Of a stretch of DNA of 48,089 bases, positions 26,246 through 39,200 are shown one piece after another. Origin of the DNA: Octopus bimaculoides. Lineage: Eukaryota. The stretch is taken from assembly GCF_001194135.2 (NCBI RefSeq), contig NC_068987.1:80114268-80162356 (forward strand), in the 5' to 3' direction. Position 1 is the stretch's first letter, and every line of letters begins with the position of its first letter. Under the pieces are notes generated by a model. The model was not told the DNA's origin. It did not search any database and saw only the letters and a program-made list of their open reading frames with translations. The position numbers and the translations under genes are program-made.

Positions 26246-27335
26246 AAAAAAAGAAAGAAAGAACGAACTAATTTATTTTGGTGCTGCATTCAAACTAGAA
26301 GTTTTCACTAATTAAAATAGAAAACATCTGAAGCTAATTAAAATCCATTTCTCAAGATCCCTTACATAACAACCTTTTCAATTCCCATAACGACAAGGTT
26401 AGTTACTTCTACTTAGATAATATCGCTTGCAGCATTGCATGATCAATCAGACGCAAACACGCACTTTTTCGCTCTACACTCCAGTTTATAACTACAGAAA
26501 TACTATAAGCAGCTCATTGAGAAGATTCTGCCACTCAAAGACTGTATACCACCCTCACACCATCTGATCTCTTCAAAACATTATTCGGACATGAGTGCCA
26601 GTGATTTTATGGAAAATACGCACAGAATCTCCTTCAGGTTTGGTGACAAACTAAAAACTCCTTTCCCTGTCCTGCCTCACCTGGAGACTCTAAGACCGTC
26701 GAAACAACTTCCTCGACATCACATGTAGCATCCTTGAGGGGGCTATTCTAAATTCACCCTCTTATGATTTAAAGGATGATGAAAAAAAGCAAGATTCTTT
26801 CTTTCACAACCTTGCTACGAAGCAGGTGCCCAATCAAAATTAAATCTAAATTAAAAAGAGAAAAAGAATCTCGCGCACGCGCACATATATGTATATACAG
26901 AGGAAGTATAGCTGCAAGGTTAAAAAGTTCGCATTTACATGCTTTGGGGTTCAGTTCCTCGTGCAAGTGTTTACTACTGCAAGGAACAGGGATTAAGTTA
27001 TCAGTAATATAATGAAGTTACTTAACAATAATTTTGCAAGTTGGTACAAGGAACTTGATTGCCACAGCACAGCCAGCGATTAACCCTCCTCCACCGACCG
27101 GTATGATGCAAGCATCTAAATCTGGAATTTGCTCCACAATTTCAAGACCCATTGTTCCGGCACCGGCTACCATATCAGGATGATCGTATCTGTATAATGG
27201 AATGAACAACAAACAGAAAAGAAACACACTTAAAGGGATACGTAGACACATGATAAAATTATATATTCATTTTCAACTAATATAAATGAATGGTGTTGAG
27301 CTTCCTGTCACATGCTATAAGCACCCATCCGTCTG

Positions 27336-27406
<71 letters not shown>

Positions 27407-27456
27407 GTCTGTCTGTCTATCTATTTATCTATCTATCTTGCTAGCTAGCTACCTAG

Positions 27457-27504
<48 letters not shown>

Positions 27505-27511
27505 TTGTGAA

Positions 27512-27554
<43 letters not shown>

Positions 27555-27564
27555 NNNNNNNNNN

Positions 27565-27597
<33 letters not shown>

Positions 27598-30500
27598 CCT
27601 CTAAATATATGTGTGAGCATATGTATATTAATATATTTATACATGCACACACATGCATACATAAAGACATATATCAAAACAGGATATTGGGAAATTTTTT
27701 GTTATCATCTGTTCCCCATTACACGCGTTTCATTTGCTAACAGGAATTACACTATGGTACATGTAATAGAAAACATGTAAGGTACCTCCCATTAGTAATT
27801 CTTCAAACAGAGAATCAAATAATATTAACATAGTGGGGCTTAATTCTATGTCTGAAAAATTTTTAATAGGAAATATCTTCCATGCTTTCTACTGCGGGTA
27901 TAATTTTGTAATTCTTGTTGGTAAATAAAGCACTTGTAATATTGAATAATATCAAAACATTTTACGATCTTCTATTTTGATATTATTGCTCTGCATAAAA
28001 TATTTTCCAGCATTTTCAACTCTTATGCATATCGCCCACAAATATAACAACTATTACGCATTTGGAATACTGAAATAAGTGGATGTGCTTCATGAGGGCA
28101 ATGCTTGCATTTTAAGCCTGTCTACAAAATATTACACGCTCACACATGCACGCACGAACGCACACACACACACACACGCATACATACATACATACATACA
28201 TACATACATACATACATACATGCATACATACTTATTTATCTGTCAGTTTGTTCTTTCGTCCCCGGGTTGGTTTTTAGCTTGTACTTATTCACTAAACTAA
28301 CGACGCCCTGTCTAAATAGCCGCGTAATATCAGAGTACTATCCAGTTTTTCCCTCTCTGTATCTTTTATTTCTTTTTGTTTCTACGGTGTAACTTGTATT
28401 GTTTGAATGTGAATGGAATGATAGAATTGTTACAACGTCAGAAAAAAAAAATGCCTGCAGGATTGAATTATGGCCAATTACACTCCCAGCTAAATACCTA
28501 CTGAGGTCACCTTTAACTTTTATACATCTGGGGGGGGGGGCGATAAAATAATGTACCAAATAGTGAAGCCGATTTGATATTCTTTCAAAGCAATGTAGAA
28601 GTAAATGTAATTATAGTATTCCGATCTTCCATAGTTACACAATTTCTCAAGTTCGTTGGAGTGGAGAGATGATAAACAGCACAGACATCTATCGATAGGA
28701 ATTATATTTGACATGAAGAATATTTTCGTAAGTAGTTTCATGTTAACGTTCTATTCTCACTCCTACTTATTTCAACTCCTTGGCACTTCAGCCCAACTGA
28801 CCACACATATCTTTTCTACTCTAGGCACAAGGCCCGAAATTTTGGGAGAGGTGACCAGTCGATTAGATCGACCCCAGTACGCAACTGGTACTTAATTTGT
28901 CGACCCCGAAAGAATGAAAGGCAAAGTCGACCTCGGCGGAATTTGAACTCAGAACGTAAAGACAGACGAAATACCGCTATGCATTTCACCTGGCGTGCTA
29001 ACGTTTCTTATTTCTTTATTGCCCACAAGGGGCTAAACACAGAGGGGACAAACAAGGAAAGACAAAGGGATTAAGTCGATTACATCAACTCCAGTGCGTA
29101 ACTGGTACTTATTTAATCGACCTCGAAAGGATGAAAGGCTAAGTCGACCTCGGCGGAATTTGAACTCAGAACGGAGCGGCAGACGAAATACCACTAAGCA
29201 TTTCGCCCGGCCTGCTAACGTTTCTGCCAGCTCTCCACCTTTGACTACACATATCTTGCTTCTTCTTTCAGATAAAAGTCTCCAAGTACCAACTCTCTCC
29301 TAATGCTAATGACATTCCTCTTCATCTTTTAATCGATTAACTTCCTGAAAACCCCGTCTTCTTTTACTCACTGATGCACAACTGCATGGATAATTAAAAT
29401 TAGATTCTACTTCTGTAACTTCTGATCTGATGACCATTTCTTCCTCTTCGAACTTTGATATTTAGCTTCATTATCTTCTCCTTTCTTGATTCCTTTAAGA
29501 ACACAATACGGTGAGTCTTTCCTACTTTGAATTCTTGGGGAACCAGAAGAAGGGTAGTGTTTGCAACATGGCGGAATCTTCTTAAACCTTTCGCTCCCTA
29601 TCAAGCTTAAGCCATCAATGACTTTTTCCTAGTGTTCTCAAATCTGGGCCGCCTTCCTCGTCTTTCCAAGTGGATTTCTGTTTTTTCACTCCTGCCTCTG
29701 TAACCCGCCTTCCATATATTTTAGGGCGTCCTGTTTGCTGCCTCTCTTGTGAGCTTCAGTTCTTCTCTGAGAGAAGGCCTTCTTCTCCCACGTCTTCTAG
29801 GTTTTGAATTGTTCCTGATGCATCCGTAACTTTTTATTTTCTAGATAGGAATGTCACTCCTATCAAATTCCTTTTAACCACTGGAAAAAGATGGTCTATA
29901 TTTGTCCGACCATTATTTTCGAACTGCCCATCGTGGAATACTCCCCTAGAAGCATGCTCTCCGCTCGCATAGCTCTCAGAGTATATGAGGCACATTAGTC
30001 ACCATACAACAATAATGACTGGCCCCTGCATTATAGTGGTAAAAAAACATTACACACACGCACACAGACACACAGACACACAGACACACAGACACACACA
30101 CACACACGCACACATACATACACACACACAAACACACACACATAAATACACACACACACAGATATATATATATAAATGTGTGTGTTTGTGTGTGTGTGTA
30201 TGTGTGTGTGTAAATATATATATATATGTATAGCCTAGTGGAGTGTAGTAAGAAGTTTATTTCTCGGCCACATAATTGCGGGTTCAGTCCCATAGCGTGG
30301 CACCTCTAGCTAGTGTCTGCCACTATAGCTTCGGGACGACCAAGACATTGCAAATGGATTTTGATAGACGGAAACTGAATGAATACTGTCGTATGTGTGT
30401 ATGTGTGTTTGTCTCCAACCACCGCTTGACAACTGGTGTTGGTGTGTTTATACCCCCCGTAACTTAGCGCGTCCGCGAAATGGATCGATGGAATAAGTAG

Positions 30501-31715
30501 TAGGCTTAAGAAGATAAGTAGTGGGGGTCGATACCTTCCACTAAAATTCTTCAAGATGGTGCCCCAGCATGGCCGCAGTCTAGTGACTGAAACAAGTAAC
30601 AGATAAAACATGCACACGCGTGCGCACACACATCCCCCCCCCGAAAAAAACACACACACACCCTCACACACACAAACACACACACACACAAACACAAACA
30701 CACAAACACACACAACAAACACTCACCCACACCTACATACAATCATATAAACACACAAGCATACGCACAGACCCACACAAACATCCTTCCCCCACAAAAA
30801 CACCCCACACACATACAAACACACGCAGACACANNNNNNNNNNNNNNNNNNNNNNNNNNNNNNNNNNNNNNNNNNNNNNNNNNNNNNNNNNNNNNNNNNN
30901 NNNNNNNNNNNNNNNNNNNNNNNNNNNNNNNNNNNNNNNNNNNNNNNNNNNNNNNNNNNNNNNNNNNNNNNNNNNNNNNNNNNNNNNNNNNNNNNNNNNN
31001 NNNNNNNNNNNNNNNNNNNNNNNNNNNNNNNNNNNNNNNNNNNNNNNNNNNNNNNNNNNNNNNNNNNNNNNNNNNNNNNNNNNNNNNNNNNNNNNNNNNN
31101 NNNNNNNNNNNNNNNNNNNNNNNNNNNNNNNNNNNNNNNNNNNNNNNNNNNNNNNNNNNNNNNNNNNNNNNNNNNNNNNNNNNNNNNNNNNNNNNNNNNN
31201 NNNNNNNNNNNNNNNNNNNNNNNNNNNNNNNNNNNNNNNNNNNNNNNNNNNNNNNNNNNNNNNNNNNNNNNNNNNNNNNNNNNNNNNNNNNNNNNNNNNN
31301 NNNNNNNNNNNNNNNNNNNNNNNNNNNNNNNNNNNNNNNNNNNNNNNNNNNNNNNNNNNNNNNNNNNNNNNNNNNNNNNNNNNNNNNNNNNNNNNNNNNN
31401 NNNNNNNNNNNNNNNNNNNNNNNNNNNNNNNNNNNNNNNNNNNNNNNNNNNNNNNNNNNNNNNNNNNNNNNNNNNNNNNNNNNNNNNNNNNNNNNNNNNN
31501 NNNNNNNNNNNNNNNNNNNNNNNNNNNNNNNNNNNNNNNNNNNNNNNNNNNNNNNNNNNNNNNNNNNNNNNNNNNNNNNNNNNNNNNNNNNNNNNNNNNN
31601 NNNNNNNNNNNNNNNNNNNNNNNNNNNNNNNNNNNNNNNNNNNNNNNNNNNNNNNNNNNNNNNNNNNNNNNNNNNNNNNNNNNNNNNNNNNNNNNNNNNN
31701 NNNNNNNNNNNNNNN

Positions 31716-31755
<40 letters not shown>

Positions 31756-33060
31756 GATAATAATATTAGGGATAAAATCCAACATTACAGGTAAAAACTC
31801 AATTAAAATCAATTTATTAAAAATTTAAATTAAATAAAATTTCACAGTATAAAATATATATGAATATATAGTTTTAGAGAAAAGGACGAAGGTTCATGAA
31901 CTCATCGATGCAAATCCAGTCACATATAGAAAAATTAATAAGTAAAAGCACAATAAATAAGTATAATATAATACAAAGTAAATATCATAAGATAAAAATA
32001 ATAAAACGACTACACGCGTATATATATATATACACACACACATATATATATATATATACATACATACATATACATATATACATATACTTATGGTGTGTAT
32101 ATNNNNNNNNNNNNNNNNNNNNNNNNNNNNNNNNNNNNNNNNNNNNNNNNNNNNNNNNNNNTATATATGTATGTATGTATGTATATATGTATATATATAT
32201 GTATATATATATATATATATATTCACAAACACATATATACATATATATAAGTACATGTATATGTACGTATATTTAGATAGGTGGATATTCAGATAGGTAA
32301 ATAGATAGAGGGAGAGGGAGAGAGAGAGAGAGATCTGAAAGAGATCTCAGCGATTATAGGATTACTTACGGTTTGTTAGAATTTAATATATTTATAATAC
32401 ACAATATCACAAACTTATGTCACCGTTTTAGTATGAATTCACAGACATCCTTCAATTACAAGGAACTAACATTAACATTCACTACCGTAGCCGAAACAGC
32501 TATAAGCCAATGTCATTATCGAACGTATAGATGTAGTTTGCCCGTTACTGTTTCAACATAAGCAAGAAGCCTAAAATTTGATAGGATCTTGTGGCGAACC
32601 ATATTTTCCAACACGTTTTGTGTAATATAATATGGACTTGCTTGCTAAACTGAAGCGTGAAATATCATTTCGGCATTTGCATATTTCGTTTTCTTTTATG
32701 TGTCTGAATGAAGGTTACAACAAGAGTTGAACGAGACAACCTGGCGCAGCTGTTTTGGACACTGACGATGTGGTGCAGCTGATTCGACATGAAGCCTGTT
32801 TCTGCGATAGTGCATTTTGGCACTGAACGCAAACACGCACCCTCAGAGATATATATACATTTTTAAATTCTCTTATTCTTTTATTCTTTTACTCGTTTCA
32901 GTCATTTGACTGTTGCCATGGTGGAGCACCACTTTAAAGTGCACTTTAAATCGAAGAAATCGACCCCAGGACTTATTCCATCGGTCTTTTTTGCCGAACC
33001 TCTAAACACACCAACATCGGTTGTCAGGCAATGGGTGGGGACACAAACACAAAGAAACAC

Positions 33061-33153
<93 letters not shown>

Positions 33154-33794
33154 CACACGCACACGTACACATAGGGTTATTCAAAAAGAATGAACCGATT
33201 TCATTACGCAATGTTCTAATAAGGAAAAGCAATATAAAACTCCAGCTAAGTCACAAGTATTTACTCACACTCAACTTTTATTTCCCGTCTTACAAGTGTC
33301 CAATGTGGCTACCAACTGCTTCAAGAGCAACATCAATACGATAAGAAACTTCCTCCCAGACGCGCATCAGCATATCACGACCCACTGAGCTGATTGCTGT
33401 TGTTATTCGATTTTTAAGGTCATTGAGGTTAGTGGATCACGTTTATGTTCCACTGCTACCCACTAACTTCGATGACCTTAAACATTGAATAACAACAGCG
33501 ATTAGCTCAGTGGATCGCGATATGTCGATAAAAGTTGATTGTGAGTAAATACTTGTGACTTAGCTGGAGTTTTCTATTGCTTTCCCTTATTAAAATATTG
33601 CGTAATGAAATTGGTTCATTCTTTTGAAATAACACTGTACATATATATAGGACGGGCTTCTTCAGTTTCTGTCTACCAAATCCACTCACAAGGCTTTGGT
33701 CCGCCCGAGAGTATAGTTGAAGATACCTGCTCAAGGTGCCACGCAATGGCAACCTAGAACCATATGGTTGGGAAGCAAGCTTCTTATCACGCCT

Positions 33795-33837
<43 letters not shown>

Positions 33838-33847
33838 NNNNNNNNNN

Positions 33848-33882
<35 letters not shown>

Positions 33883-34085
33883 CATAGATAGATCGATCGA
33901 TCGATCGATCGATAGATAGATAGATAGATAGGGAGAAAGAGTGAGAGGAAGAGGGTGGGAGGAAAGGAGACATTACAATTTATTACTAGATCACAAATGG
34001 CATAACACTTATCCTCTCCTCATACTCATGGAGAGAAATATGCGTGCACACATAAACACAAAGATGGTAAGTGAGAGAGCGAAAG

Positions 34086-34119
<34 letters not shown>

Positions 34120-36152
34120 TTTTACTCTTTTATTTGTTTCAGTCATTTGACTGCGGCCATGCTAGAGCACCGCCTTTAGTCGAGTAAATCAACCCCAGCA
34201 CTTATTCTTTGTAAGCCTAGTACTTATTCTATCCGTCTCTTTTGCCGAACCGCTAAGATACGAGGACGTAAACACACTAGCATCGGTTGTCAAGCGATGT
34301 TGGGGGGACAAACACAGACACACAAATACACACACATATATATATACATATATACGACGGGCTTCTTTCAGTTTCCGTCTACCAAANNNNNNNNNNNNNN
34401 NNNNNNNNNNNNNNNNNNNNNNNNNNNNNNNNNNNNNNNNNNNNNNNNNNNNNNNNNNNNNNNNNNNNNNNNNNNNNNNNNNNNNNNNNNNNNNNNNNNN
34501 NNNNNNNNNNNNNNNNNNNNNNNNNNNNNNNNNNNNNNNNNNNNNNNNNNNNNNNNNNNNNNNNNNNNNNNNNNNNNNNNNNNNNNNNNNNNNNNNNNNN
34601 NNNNNNNNNNNNNNNNNNNNNNNNNNNNNNNNNNNNNNNNNNNNNNNNNNNNNNNNNNNNNNNNNNNNNNATATATATACAGAGAGAGAGAGAGAGATGT
34701 TAGGGAGAGAGAGAGAGATGTTAGGGAGAGAGAGAGAGATGTTAGGGAGAGAGAGAGAGATGTTAGGGAGAGAGAGAGAGGAATAAAGTGAAAATAAAGA
34801 GACAGAGAGTAGGGAGACAGGGAGTGAGAGATAAAAAGAAGGAGAGGAGTTAAGGTGATAGAGGGAGAGAAATAAAGAGGGAGATGAAGAGAGAAAGATA
34901 AAGAGATAGATAAAGTGAGAGAGAGAGCAAGAGAGAGATAAAGAGGGTAAAGAGGGTAAAGAGAGACGGCGAGAGAGAAAAAGAGAGGAAGAGAGAGAGA
35001 GGAAGAGAGAGAGAGAGGAAGAGAGAGAGAGGAAGAGAGAGAGAGGAAGAGTGAGAGAGGAAGAGAGAGAGAGGAAGAGAGAGAGAGGAAGAGAGAGAGA
35101 GGAAGAGAGAGAGAGGAAGAGAGAGAGAGGAAGAGAGAGAGAGGAAGAGAGAGAGAGGAAGAGAGAGAGAGGAAGAGAGAGAGAGGAAGAGAGAGAGAGG
35201 AAGAGGTTAGGGAGATAAGGAGAGAGATACAGAGAGGGAGAGCGATACTGAGAGTGAGAGAGATACAGAGAGGGAGAGAGATACAGAGAGGGAGAGAGGG
35301 GGATGGAGATGGGGAGAGAAGGAAAGAACACCAAAACGAGAGAAACATTAAACGTTTGATGTCAAATAATTCCTCCTTGAATCAGCGACACCAAATCCGT
35401 GGCACCAGAGCGGTTTTGCCGAAACCTTTCATACCCTGACAAAAGTAGCTAAATTAGTAATACTCACCTCTGCTAATTGATATCCTTCCATAATTATGTT
35501 GGCGTTGTAGTTCTGGCACGCTTTGATCTTCATTGTTGGTGTAATGAGAGGCATGATAAGTGTTATTGGGATTCCGAGATCATATCCGTGGTAGGCCAAG
35601 GCTATCGCATGATTACCAAGACTTGCAGCAACAACTCCATTTATCCGTTCTTCCTGTCGTGAAACATGGAAAGCCAGAATATTTAAGTGATTCTTCCTAA
35701 TTTCGCTTTTCGTTGATAACATTTAGGTCGCATGCATACATGTACACACACATACATACATTCATACATACACACATTCATACATACACACATACATACA
35801 TTCATACATATATTCATACATATATACACACATACATACATAAATGCATGCCTATCCATGTATATATGAGTCTGTGTGCTTCTGTTAAGAAATGTACATG
35901 TGTATGTGTGTGAGTATATATATATTTTGTTCGGTTTTTGTAATTGTGAAATTTTTTTGCCATGAACAGTTTGTATTTTTAAACCGAATGTAGTTTTTTC
36001 TGGTGTTATATTTATTCCTGAAGATGTGTAAAGAAATTTTGATTTATTAAGTCTCTTAATGAATTCTTTATACTGAAATATACATTGAAGAAGATAAATA
36101 TGTTCATTTGAATATATACGTTTTTGCGTCGTAACTCCTTTATTATTATTAC

Positions 36153-36207
<55 letters not shown>

Positions 36208-39200
36208 NNNNNNNNNNNNNNNNNNNNNNNNNNNNNNNNNNNNNNNNNNNNNNNNNNNNNNNNNNNNNNNNNNNNNNNNNNNNNNNNNNNNNNNNNNNNN
36301 NNNNNNNNNNNNNNNNNNNNNNNNNNNNNNNNNNNNNNNNNNNNNNNNNNNNNNNNNNNNNNNNNNNNNNNNNNNNNNNNNNNNNNNNNNNNNNNNNNNN
36401 NNNNNNNNNNNNNNNNNNNNNNNNNNNNNNNNNNNNNNNNNNNNNNNNNNNNNNNNNNNNNNNNNNNNNNNNNNNNNNNNNNNNNNNNNNNNNNNNNNNN
36501 NNNNNNNNNNNNNNNNNNNNNNNNNNNNNNNNNNNNNNNNNNNNNNNNNNNNNNNNNNNNNNNNNNNNNNNNNNNNNNNNNNNNNNNNNNNNNNNNNNCT
36601 CCTACATACTGGACCGTCTGAAATCGCAGTCAAACTTTTGGGTGTACCTCAACCCGTTGAGAGTGATGTTTGTTTATTTCTCTCCCCTTAATGCCTCCCT
36701 CTGTAGAAAATTGAACAGCGTGTCCAATCTCAGCAAAATCCGAAGAAAAGTGTTAAGGTTATGTCATAAAATAGAATCCATGTGACCATTTATATGAAAA
36801 TATCCCATTGACTTTTAAATCCCAATACATTATATGAATAATCGATGTTTCATATGTCGAAGTGCTTAATTTTACTCATGGGTCAATTTTCTTCAAAATC
36901 AGTTCATTATTTTATTGTGAGTGAATTTTGACGATTTCTGCCTTTCACCAGTTTAATTTTCATTCTACTACAAGACTCCATCCATAAACTTTACCTAAAT
37001 GTCAAATTTCATCAAAATCGAATGAATTCTGTGAAAGTTACAGCATAAAATATTAATCCTATGAGTAATTGCATACAAAAAGCCTATTGATTTCTTAAAA
37101 TCCTCCGCTCACGCGCAATTATCGATTTTTTTGTCAACTCTTCATGCTGGCATCAATTAATAGACATGAACTGTAATCAAGTGTAAAATTTCTACAAAAT
37201 TGATAAGAATGTCTCTTTGGAAATGCTTATTTACATTTGTACCCTGTTCAAGCCCTTTTGATTTACATAAACACCTTTCCCACCACAAAATTTACCTATA
37301 TCTCAAATTTTTGTGAGCTCAATCGGGCGTTTGAATGAAAATTCCCATAACGATGTTATTTTTCCTGCAGCTTTTGCCTTTTTTGTCCGATTCTGATGAA
37401 AATCGATGTGTGAGCGAGGCTCATGGTAGTGAGTTGGTGTCAGTATATGGCGCTGACAAAAATTTATAAATGTGCTTGAGCAGTGGTTTTATAAAATCAA
37501 TAGCCTTTATCATTCCTCCATACAAAAGTGTCAGAGACATTCGTGCAGTCGCAGGACAGAAATCTTACCTTTGTTAATTTCAGTAACGTATATCTAGCAC
37601 CACGGTCTTTGAAGCTGGAATTAAAAATGATAATAGCAAATAGAAATGATGGTTATATATCACATGATATACATACACATACATATATGTGTATATGTAT
37701 GTGTGTATATGGATGCATGTGTGTATATATGTGTGTACATGTTTGATCTTAGCTACTTAATTCATGTCCATATCTTTCGACGGGTGTGGTTTGTAATGTC
37801 GCTTTGGTGTAGTTAGCATAGTTCTACAGCTTATAGCAAGTGTTACGGTTTTTCCTTCCATTGTGTACGCGCGTGTGCGTGTGTGTTCGCGCACAAATGT
37901 ACGTGTGTCTACGTGCAGGTGTGTGCGTGTTTTGATATTGTTTTGTTTGTGCTAGGTTAGGCTTCATTGTGGTTGCAAATAATCAAAGTGCCCGACACAT
38001 GATTATCCTATTACATTCTAAAGCAACACATCTTCTAATTTGATGCTGCGATCTTGAAGACAAGGTTGCGATAGAACCCACAGCCATCTTCACCACCACA
38101 AAGGATTTTTAATCAATCAATAAGAATTTAGTTGTTTTTGCTGTTTTTTTGTTGCTTAACACAAATCAGTTTTGATTATGGAGAAGATTTATCATCAAAT
38201 GCATTCCATCCTTAAACATCACGTCTTCTTATCCCATACGACTTATCTATACGACTGAATTTTCAAGTGTCTTTTCTTGAAGATGGTAGCTCATGATCTG
38301 AGAGAGTTTTAACTGTTATTGTTTCTAGCGCATCGAGCAACTGTGTTGAAACCTCTCCGTTGTTCGTCACAGGACTTCTTCCTTTATTTTTTTTTTCGTG
38401 ATACTTTTTTTCAAGATTGGAACTATGGGAGTTAATGTTGGACCTCAGTGTTATCATCATCGCCGTCGTCATTGCTGTTATCATCAATATGATTGACATC
38501 ATCATCGTCCTCCTCATCATCCTCATCATTAGCACTGGATTAACCATTAAGTAAAATAAGCACGTGCTTAGGACATCAAGAGAAGTAGGCAATCACAGAA
38601 ATGGTAAATGGCTTCCGACATAAAAGAAAGCACTTCAAACCTGCTAAAATATATTCGGGGTGCCTTCTCTCTTCTAAGTATAGAAGTAGATATGTTATGT
38701 AAGATTAATTTTGAAGATTTGAATAAAATCTTTGCAATTAAGAAAAGCAGTAAATAACTTTTTAAACATAAATAAATTAGAAGTATACATACATAAACAT
38801 TATTTTCTATCTTACGATTACATGTTTCACTTTGAAAGTTAAAAGAATTATTTTAAGGTTTATTTTTGTTTATATTTTGAATTATATATATGGGTGTACA
38901 AAAATTTCTTAAGTGCTTCGGGCCTCTGTGGTTCTTTATCCGGCGCTGCTCATCATTATAATACTACAGGAGCATACGTTTACAATCTTCCTCCATTTAT
39001 AGCAGCTTCCATAATCAGTTGTTAAAATATAAGCAAAAATAAACCAGGAAAACATGCTTAGATGTATACCGTCTGCGTTTAGTTTCTGAGTCAAATTCCG
39101 CCGAGGTCTACTTCGCCTTTTATCCCGTGTAGGGTCGATAAAAAAGTACCAGTTGAACACTGAAGTTGAGGCAATCGACTTCCACCTCCCCTAAAGATTG

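Noticed and set aside
28635-28727. Another plus-strand exon-like segment ending in GTAAGT
   Set aside because: No homology, no phase-compatible partner, and such signals occur by chance in 48 kb of AT-rich DNA.
34189-35348. 381-aa and 326-aa Leu/Ser-rich ORFs
   Set aside because: Antisense translation of (GA)-derived minisatellites plus an N gap.
35429-35467. Extending exon 4 ([11 protein letters not shown]) to replace the missing exon
   Set aside because: The only downstream GT (AGG|GTATGA) is phase 0, not the phase 2 that is required, and GAG|GTGAGT at 35467 is a strong donor.
38263-38592. 109-aa minus-strand ORF in intron 2
   Set aside because: Built on a decayed (ATC)n repeat, with no recognisable domain and no need for an extra exon between phase-matched exons 2 and 3.
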